Part shown: positions 13,098-18,132 of the stretch, in pieces
Layout: every line of letters begins with the position of its first letter
Numbering within the stretch: position 1 is the stretch's first letter
Source of the DNA: Desulfobacterales bacterium
Lineage (GTDB): Bacteria > Desulfobacterota > Desulfobacteria > Desulfobacterales > C00003060
Assembly: GCA_030616475.1 (NCBI GenBank)
Contig: JAUWXF010000054.1
Location: forward strand, 1 to 18,132
Direction of reading: 5' to 3'
Length of the DNA stretch: 18,132 nt
Position numbers and translations under genes: made by a program
Notes under the pieces: model-generated
What the model saw: only the letters and a program-made list of their open reading frames with translations
Told to the model about the DNA's origin: nothing
The model's database searches: none

Positions 13098-13460
13098 ATG
13101 GATATTAACGAACTGACTTACCTAATCAACGGCGCGATCTTTGAAGTAAATCGTGAACTCGGAGCGGGTTTTCTGGAGAAAGTCTATGAGAACGCCTTGT
13201 TGTTTGAGCTAGTGGACAGGGGACTCAAGGCCGAGAATCAAGTCCCGATTAAGGTCAAATACAAGGGTAAAGAAGTCGGGGAGTATTATGCAGATATCGT
13301 CGTTGAGAACCAGGTCATTTTGGAAATTAAGGCGGTTGATTCGTTACAGAAAATTCATGAAGCCCAGTTACTGAACTACCTCAAGGCCAGCGGATATAAA
13401 ATCGGTCTTTTGGTTAATTTTACGCATCCAAAAGCTGAAATTAAGAGATTTATTCTTTAG
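13098..13460 (+). CDS. GxxExxY protein (PD-(D/E)XK nuclease superfamily)
   Basis: 120 aa. GAGFLEKVYENAL contains the eponymous G-x-x-E-x-x-Y. YYADIVVENQVILEIKA supplies the D...E-x-K nuclease motif. LLNYLKASGYKIGLLVNF is the typical C-terminus. Confidence 0.9.
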   Translation: MDINELTYLINGAIFEVNRELGAGFLEKVYENALLFELVDRGLKAENQVPIKVKYKGKEVGEYYADIVVENQVILEIKAVDSLQKIHEAQLLNYLKASGYKIGLLVNFTHPKAEIKRFIL

Positions 13461-13488
13461 CCACAGACCCACACAGAAAGACACAGAC
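13458..13488 (+). repeat. 31-nt direct repeat 2 (includes the GxxExxY stop codon)
   Basis: The sequence is tagccacagacccacacagaaagacacagac. It is followed by a perfect 12-bp hairpin: ttttgttcggcc (13490-13501) and ggccgaacaaaa (13507-13518). Confidence 0.85.
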
Positions 13489-13670
13489 GTTTTGTTCGGC
13501 CAAGTCGGCCGAACAAAAGGTACTTTCGCTCCGCGAAGAAAACCCATTTTCTTATTGGCGTTAATTCAAGAAGATTACTACTATGATAGCGCCGTGTTTG
13601 AAGTAAAAATAAGGTACTAAAATTGCCCGAATGGCATACGGTTTTTCCTTGGCCAGTGTCGGCCAAGGAA

Positions 13671-13699
13671 ACTGACTGTCTGTGTGTGTCTGTGGCTAA
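13671..13699 (-). repeat. Inverted copy of the TTAGCC-CACAGAC repeat just upstream of lipA
   Basis: actgactgtctgtgtgtgtctgtggctaa has the reverse complement ttagccacagacacacacagacagtcagt. It is preceded by the hairpin ttccttggcc (13645-13654) / ggccaaggaa (13661-13670). Confidence 0.8.
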
Positions 13700-13712
13700 T
13701 CAGAAATCGAAA

Positions 13713-14573
13713 ATGCACGTTCCCAAACCCCGCTGGCTGAAGCGGAGTCTTCCAACCGGGTCCACATATGAAAAAGTTACGGCTCTGTTAAGGAAAAGCC
13801 GCCTTCACACAGTGTGCCAGGAAGCCAAGTGTCCCAACCTCTGGGAGTGTTTTTCCAGACAGACCTCAACCTTCCTGATTATGGGGCCCTGTTGCACGCG
13901 CAACTGCCGTTTCTGCGCAGTGGCGCACGGACCGTCAGGCCCGCCCGATCCCGGAGAACCGGCCAGGGTGGCTGAAGCCGCACAAAGTATGCAATTGACC
14001 TATGTGGTCATCACCTCTGTTACCCGGGACGATCTCCCTGACGGCGGAGCCAGTTATTTTGCAAAAACAATTAAAGAGATCCGCAAGAAAGTGCCCGATG
14101 CGCTTGTGGAGGTTTTGATACCCGATTTTCAGGGGAACAGGGATGCGCTTCAGACGGTCGTGGAGGCTCATCCTGATGTTTTGAACCATAATCTTGAAAC
14201 TGTGCCGCGTCTTTATCCTTCGGTTAGGCCAGAGGCCGTTTACCGGCGCTCACTTGAACTCCTGAAGCAGGCCAAAGAATACGACGCAACCATTCCCGCC
14301 AAGTCAGGCCTCATGCTCGGCCTGGGAGAATTTCCCGAAGAAGTCCACAAAACGTTGCGGGACCTTATTGACGCGGGCTGCGGCATCCTGACGCTGGGTC
14401 AATATCTTCAACCCACAAGGGAACACTTACAGGTTGAACGCTTTGTTCATCCCGAAGAATTCGATGACTGGAAGGAGACAGCCCTTAAAATGGGCTTTTC
14501 CGAAGTTGCCAGCGGGCCGTTTGTGCGTAGTTCTTATCATGCAAAAGATCTCTATCAGGCCCTGGAGCTTTGA
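13713..14573 (+). CDS. lipA: Lipoyl synthase (radical SAM)
   Basis: The auxiliary cluster motif is CQEAKCPNLWEC and the radical-SAM motif is CTRNCRFC. Other typical segments are VVITSVTRDDLPDGG, HNLETVPRLY, SGLMLGLGE and RSSYHA. ATG 13713 (MHVPKPRWLK) is preferred. The track start at 13623 extends through the repeat DNA. Confidence 0.92.
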   Translation: MHVPKPRWLKRSLPTGSTYEKVTALLRKSRLHTVCQEAKCPNLWECFSRQTSTFLIMGPCCTRNCRFCAVAHGPSGPPDPGEPARVAEAAQSMQLTYVVITSVTRDDLPDGGASYFAKTIKEIRKKVPDALVEVLIPDFQGNRDALQTVVEAHPDVLNHNLETVPRLYPSVRPEAVYRRSLELLKQAKEYDATIPAKSGLMLGLGEFPEEVHKTLRDLIDAGCGILTLGQYLQPTREHLQVERFVHPEEFDDWKETALKMGFSEVASGPFVRSSYHAKDLYQALEL

Positions 14574-14603
14574 CTCGATGGAGTTTATGCAGAATCGCAC
14601 TGC

Positions 14604-14804
14604 TCATAAAGGTTGCCGAAAAGGAGGGGGGACTTTTTCTCCGTCAAGAGCCTTTCGCATGCGATTCCGTTCGGCCTTGAGTTTTCGCAGACGATCCTTC
14701 ATGTGCTCCTGCTCATGAAATGGGGCGGATTTGATCTGTGCTTCCAGCTTTTCCACCTCCTGCTGAAGGCGGTACAATTCCTTTGCTACCATACGGATGG
14801 ACAT
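14604..14804 (-). CDS. Small coiled-coil protein (66 aa), function unknown
   Basis: MSIRMVAKELYRLQQEVEKLEAQIKSAPFHEQEHMKDRLRKLKAERNRMRKALDGEKVPPPFRQPL has heptad-like charged helices and a Pro-rich end. It is convergent with lipA. No Shine-Dalgarno is visible. Confidence 0.55.
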   Translation of the reverse strand: MSIRMVAKELYRLQQEVEKLEAQIKSAPFHEQEHMKDRLRKLKAERNRMRKALDGEKVPPPFRQPL

Positions 14805-14810
14805 GTGGCA

Positions 14811-14914
14811 TTTCGGATTTCGGATTTCGGATTTAGCGCAGGCTTCACTTCGTGTCGGATTTGCGGCTTACGCCTTGAAAAGAGCACGGATTTCGGATTT
14901 CGGGGCGAAGCCCC
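14811..14914. repeat. CGGATTT heptamer arrays with embedded conserved 22-mer and GNRA-type mini-hairpins
   Basis: cggattt occurs three times (14814-14834) and twice more (14887-14900). The hairpin ggggcgaagcccc lies at 14902-14914. Confidence 0.85.
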
Positions 14915-14925
14915 TCAGTTCATAG

Positions 14926-14975
14926 TATAGGAATTTTCTTTCTTGGAGCGGCGAAGCCGCGTTACATAAAATCGC
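14926..14975. repeat. TATAGGAATTT-box dispersed element, copy b
   Basis: tataggaattttctttcttggagcggcgaagccgcgttacataaaatcgc aligns with 16522-16575 and partly with 6281-6300. Confidence 0.65.
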
Positions 14976-14984
14976 AAAGCGATT

Positions 14985-15344
14985 TTATTTCTTGAAGAAT
15001 ATATATACGGCCAACCCGAGCAAGATCACGGCGAAAATCTTCTTGAAATTGGCGGTCGAGACATGCTCTATAAGGCGTGCTCCGATCTGGGCACCGATGA
15101 TGCCGCCGACACCGAGTAGAATCCCTGCTTTATAGTCCACATTAGCCAATTTATTATGAGCTAAAAGGGCAGAAAGGGAGATGACCACGATGGCAAGAAA
15201 GGAGGTGCCTACGGATTTCTGTGCCGAATACCCAAGGAAAAGCAAGAGGGGGACCATCAGAAAGCCGCCCCCCAAACCGGAAAAAGATGCACCAACACCA
15301 ACGAGAATCCCGCAAAAAACCATCATCAACACATTTGCGTTCAT
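14985..15344 (-). CDS. TauE/SafE (DUF81) family anion exporter, half-size (119 aa)
   Basis: It has four hydrophobic segments. GVGASFSGLGGGFLMVPLLLFLG and SVGTSFLAIVV are typical TauE/SafE motifs. An AAGGAAG RBS lies 6 nt upstream of the ATG. Confidence 0.85.
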   Translation of the reverse strand: MNANVLMMVFCGILVGVGASFSGLGGGFLMVPLLLFLGYSAQKSVGTSFLAIVVISLSALLAHNKLANVDYKAGILLGVGGIIGAQIGARLIEHVSTANFKKIFAVILLGLAVYIFFKK

Positions 15345-15371
15345 TGTTACTTCCTTGGGAAAGAACAGGAA

Positions 15372-15399
15372 ACTATACAGACCGCACTTAAATGCTCAA
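15372..15399 (-). promoter_or_regulatory. Candidate sigma70 promoter for the TauE-like gene
   Basis: On the minus strand: TTGAGC (complement of 15394-15399), 16-nt spacer, TATAGT (complement of 15372-15377). It sits about 28 nt upstream of the start codon. Confidence 0.45.
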
Positions 15400-15574
15400 C
15401 AAAGATCGAACTTTCCTGGTACGATTTAACAAGTAGCTGCAGTTCTTTCTTTAGGCTCACTTTGGCCCCAGTTTTACACGGTTCAAAATCTGATTGTCGT
15501 TGGATCGACCGTGTTTTCAAAGACATAAATTGTTACGATTCTTCAGTGAACGGTTACGTTACCTTTTTAGTGGT

Positions 15575-16354
15575 TCACAGATTAACGTGCAAACCTTTTC
15601 CCCTCAGGTATTCTTTGACCGCTCTGATACTCAAGATGCGATAGTGAAAAACCGAAGCTGCCAATAAAATCTGGGCACCGCCCGCAACGACTGCCTCATA
15701 AAAATGTTCCAGCTTGCCTGCGCCACCTGAAGCCACGACCGGAAGATCAACAACATCTGAAATGGCCTTTGTGAATTCCAAATCATAGCCTGCCTGGGTT
15801 CCGTCACCGTCCATGCTGGTCGGCAGGATCGAACCAGCACCCAGGTTCTGGCACTCTTTGGCCCAGGAAACGGCATCTTTTCCTACCGGCCTGGTTCCAC
15901 CTGAGACAACCAGCTCAAATCCGGAAGGCATCTCCTTGTTCCTTCTTGCATCCACAGCCACAGTGATCTTTTCTGAGCCAAATCGTTTTGCCGCCTCTCT
16001 CACAAGATCGGGATTGGCCACTGCGGCACTATTCATGGAAATCTTATCAGCACCCGCTTGCAGGACCAGTTCGATGTCCTGCAAACTCGATATCCCTCCA
16101 CCCACCGTAAGGGGAATATCTATGACGGCTGATACATTCTTAACCCATTCGAGCCTCGTTTTTCGGTTTTCTACGGTGGCTGCTATGTCGAGCATGGCCA
16201 GCTCATCGGCCCCTTCTTTCTGATAGAACTCGGCATTTTCCACAGGATCACCAGCATCTTTCAGGTCCACAAAATGTACCCCCTTGACTACCCGGCCATC
16301 TTTCATGTCAAGGCAAGGCATAACCTTAATTGTTTCGATTATCTGTTCTTTCAT
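15575..16354 (-). CDS. hisF: Imidazole glycerol phosphate synthase, cyclase subunit
   Basis: Motifs are PCLDMKDGRVVKG, GADELAMLDI, PLTVGGGI, GADKISMNSAAV, VAVDA, SMDGDGT and VASGGAG. The start at 16354 (MKEQ...) is preferred because AAGGAG (complement of 16364-16369) lies 9 nt upstream. The track start is 16375. Confidence 0.92.
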   Translation of the reverse strand: MKEQIIETIKVMPCLDMKDGRVVKGVHFVDLKDAGDPVENAEFYQKEGADELAMLDIAATVENRKTRLEWVKNVSAVIDIPLTVGGGISSLQDIELVLQAGADKISMNSAAVANPDLVREAAKRFGSEKITVAVDARRNKEMPSGFELVVSGGTRPVGKDAVSWAKECQNLGAGSILPTSMDGDGTQAGYDLEFTKAISDVVDLPVVASGGAGKLEHFYEAVVAGGAQILLAASVFHYRILSIRAVKEYLRGKGLHVNL

Positions 16355-16521
16355 GGCTTCTTTCTCCTTAATCATGAATTCTTGCAGATCAACTCTTAAA
16401 CTAAAAGGGCGGTGGGGTCAAGAGGGTCTGGGTGCGGAAAAGGGTGTCAAACTGAAGGGGCGGTCATTTAAAGAGCGAGCGGTTGACCTCCGCTGGTGAA
16501 TGGTGTATGGTCACTTCACCG

Positions 16522-16575
16522 TATAGGAATTTCCATTTTTTGAGTCCGCCGCAGGCGGACGTCATATAAAATCCC
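16522..16575. repeat. TATAGGAATTT-box dispersed element, copy c
   Basis: The sequence is tataggaatttccattttttgagtccgccgcaggcggacgtcatataaaatcccc. The layout (box, T-rich, GC hairpin, CATA-AAAATC) matches copy b. Confidence 0.65.
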
Positions 16576-16672
16576 CGCCTGCCAACGCCCCGTACGGCAT
16601 GCAGCTTACACGCTAGCGTGCTTGGCAATGGCGGGCAGGGCGCAGCGATTTCATCAAAGGAGCGCAAAGATT

Positions 16673-16966
16673 GTGGCGGACGTAAAGAAGGATAGCCTGT
16701 TAGCACAGATTCGCTTTGCTTATAAGAAGCCCATTGTCCTTGGGGAATACCCTCCAGGAGAAAGCAAGCCCTTGGAACACTGGATAGACCGCTTTATAGA
16801 CGAAGAGGTCAGTCAATATAGTCTTGTAAATATAGCGCACGTGTTCAGTGACCACGAACGCGCCACAAAGCTTTTATTAGTCTACCTTGAGGAACAAGGA
16901 GCCATTGAGGATAGTGGCGTTGAATTGCAAGAGAAGGAAGATCTTCAAGCCATGTTAAAGGCGTAG
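16673..16966 (+). CDS. Hypothetical protein (97 aa from GTG 16673)
   Basis: AAGGAG at 16657-16662 lies 10 nt before the in-frame GTG at 16673. The track start is TTG 16622. The sequence ...KKPIVLGEYPPGESKPLEHWIDRFIDEEVSQYSLVNIAHVFSDHERATKLLLVYLEEQG... has no domain I recognise. Confidence 0.5.
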   Translation: MADVKKDSLLAQIRFAYKKPIVLGEYPPGESKPLEHWIDRFIDEEVSQYSLVNIAHVFSDHERATKLLLVYLEEQGAIEDSGVELQEKEDLQAMLKA

Positions 16967-17029
16967 TTTAGCTACCCTTCTACTTGACCCTCCACAAAAT
17001 CATCTTGTGACACCTAACCCGGACAAGCC

Positions 17030-17122
17030 GGAATTGAGGGATTGCGAATTGAGGAATTTAGGAATTGACGGAATCACCAATGTTTTAATTCCTCAATCCC
17101 TGAATCCCTAAATTCCTCAATT
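17030..17122. repeat. Inverted GGAATTG/GGGATTG heptamer arrays forming a long imperfect hairpin
   Basis: The left arm includes aattgaggaatttaggaatt (17047-17066). The right arm aatccctaaattcctcaatt (17103-17122) is its reverse complement at 19/20 positions. Confidence 0.75.
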
Positions 17123-17282
17123 ATTTGTCAGTATTGAAAAACAGTGTATTCTAAATATTTTCTGCCAGAAAAAACACGAACTTCACAACTAAGGGACTAA
17201 GATAAGAATCGGTACTTCAGGCTGGAGCTACCCGCACTGGAAAGAACTGTTCTATTTTTGAAAAATCCCAGCCGTCAAATTG

Positions 17283-17311
17283 TTGACAGCGGGCAGTTCC
17301 TGAATTAGAAA
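17283..17311 (+). promoter_or_regulatory. Candidate sigma70 promoter for the yqgE/algH-family gene
   Basis: TTGACA (17283-17288), 17-nt spacer, TAGAAA (17306-17311). A GGAGG RBS lies at 17363-17367. Confidence 0.5.
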
Positions 17312-17375
17312 TACTCGATGCTAAAATAACCTTGTCTTTTGACGTTATTTTGAAAAAGCAAGTCCTGGAGGACAA

Positions 17376-17951
17376 ATGAGTCAAGAAAAGGAATTCCAGG
17401 TATCTCTTAAAGGACATTTTCTGATTGCCATGCCAAGCCTTGCCGATCCAAATTTTTCCAAGACCGTGACCTGTATCTGTGAACACACTCCAGAGGGGGC
17501 CGTGGGGTTAGTGATTAACCGGGTGCATCCGGAATTAACCATGGAGCCTGTGCTTAGGGAGTTAAACCTGGAATCTGTTCCGGAGGTGGATTCCCTTCCC
17601 CTTCACCTGGGAGGGCCTGTGCACCCGAGCCAAATCTTTATAGTGCATGGCCCCCCGTTTGGCTGGGAAGCCTGCCGTCCGGTGACCCCCTCCCTTGCCC
17701 TGAGCAATTCAAAGGACCTTTTGGAGAGCCTTGCCAAAGGACAAGGGCCCGAATCTTTTATTATCACCCTGGGATGCGCAGCGTGGGGCCCCGGCCAGTT
17801 GGAATCCGAGATCATGGCCAATGCCTGGCTGACCTGTCCTGCCAGTGAAACCGTCCTGTTCGAAACCCCTGTGGATAAGCGATGGGAGAAGGCCGCCAAA
17901 CTCATGGGGATCGATGTAAGACTTCTCACGGACGCCGCTGGCCATGCCTGA
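17376..17951 (+). CDS. yqgE: YqgE/AlgH-family (UPF0301) protein
   Basis: GHFLIAMPSLADPNFSKTVTCICEHTPEGAVGLVINR, GGPV, GCAAWGPGQLESEIMANAWLT and RWEKAAKLMGID...AGHA are collinear with E. coli YqgE as I recall it. Confidence 0.9.
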   Translation: MSQEKEFQVSLKGHFLIAMPSLADPNFSKTVTCICEHTPEGAVGLVINRVHPELTMEPVLRELNLESVPEVDSLPLHLGGPVHPSQIFIVHGPPFGWEACRPVTPSLALSNSKDLLESLAKGQGPESFIITLGCAAWGPGQLESEIMANAWLTCPASETVLFETPVDKRWEKAAKLMGIDVRLLTDAAGHA

Positions 17952-18058
17952 GGACCTGCGAAGAGTGCCTAGTGCAGTGTCTCAAAAGTTCTATGCACGA
18001 TTTTGGGGCATCCTTCATTTTCGCCATAAAGTAGTTTACACTTTTTTTCACCACCCCA

Positions 18059-18086
18059 GGTTTCAGGTTTCAGTGTTCAGGTTTCA
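18059..18086. repeat. GGTTTCA heptamer array
   Basis: The four tandem heptamers read ggtttca ggtttca gtgttca ggtttca. Confidence 0.85.
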
Positions 18087-18132
18087 GACCCGCCTGCCAA
18101 CGCCTGGGTCACACCGAGGTTACAATGCCCGC

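Noticed and set aside
14967-14987. The hairpin taaaatcgc-aaa-gcgatttta as a terminator for the TauE-like gene.
   Set aside because: Its right arm overlaps the stop codon. On the minus strand it is not followed by a T-run. The T-rich tail is on the + strand, where there is nothing to terminate.
15575-16354. hisF standing alone without other his genes, considered as a possible anomaly.
   Set aside because: Dispersed his genes are common in many bacterial lineages. The protein looks full-length and intact.
826-17945. ORFs antisense to or nested in confident genes. Examples: 826..1119, 1004..1255, 1071..1253, 5029..5487, 7726..8034, 7767..7976, 8721..9035, 9706..9996, 9894..10136, 11211..11537, 11915..12118, 12188..12394, 12430..12780, 12630..12896, 13935..14189, 14434..14718, 14613..14930, 15181..15429, 15631..15876, 15813..16223, 17217..17486, 17603..17929 and 17709..17945.
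   Set aside because: Each overlaps a CDS with clear family motifs on the other strand or in another frame. None shows recognisable motifs or an RBS.

Overview
This is an 18,132-bp bacterial chromosomal window. The protein repertoire and the heptamer-filled intergenic DNA suggest a Desulfobacterota (Desulfobacterales-like) genome, but that is inference only. The window falls into three sectors.

(i) 1-6271 is a rearranged accessory hot-spot. It starts with a partial PEGA-domain gene. Two directly repeated paralogs of a tail-anchored, receiver-only response regulator follow (961-1449 and 5095-5583). Between them lie a degenerate Lys/Ala-rich histone-like ORF, a killer/antidote pair whose killer has a TAG at codon 3, an RHH antitoxin stub, a hicBA pair and a truncated higA. 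To the right lies a metallophosphoesterase gene missing its 5' end. A 29-bp inverted-repeat pair (4547-4575 / 5774-5802) bounds the second regulator copy.

(ii) 6272-7575 is an orphan islet with a Cys-rich 83-aa protein and a 103-aa hypothetical on the opposite strand. Its right part is markedly AT-rich.

(iii) 7600-18132 holds housekeeping-type genes: a YihY-family membrane protein, a PAS/HisKA/HATPase/REC hybrid kinase, cfa, lipB, lipA, a half-size TauE, hisF and a yqgE/algH-family gene. A GxxExxY (PD-(D/E)XK) gene cassette is wedged between lipB and lipA.

Almost every intergenic region carries tandem heptanucleotide arrays (STRR-like), often as inverted pairs that can form long hairpins. 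Several dispersed conserved non-coding elements are also present. I found no rRNA, tRNA, CRISPR array, transposase or integrase.

I do not see one obvious multi-gene new system. The most unusual items are the repeat-bounded regulator/TA hot-spot, the tail-anchored REC proteins and the non-coding repeat families. Start codons were chosen by manual reading, and several differ from the ORF-track starts.
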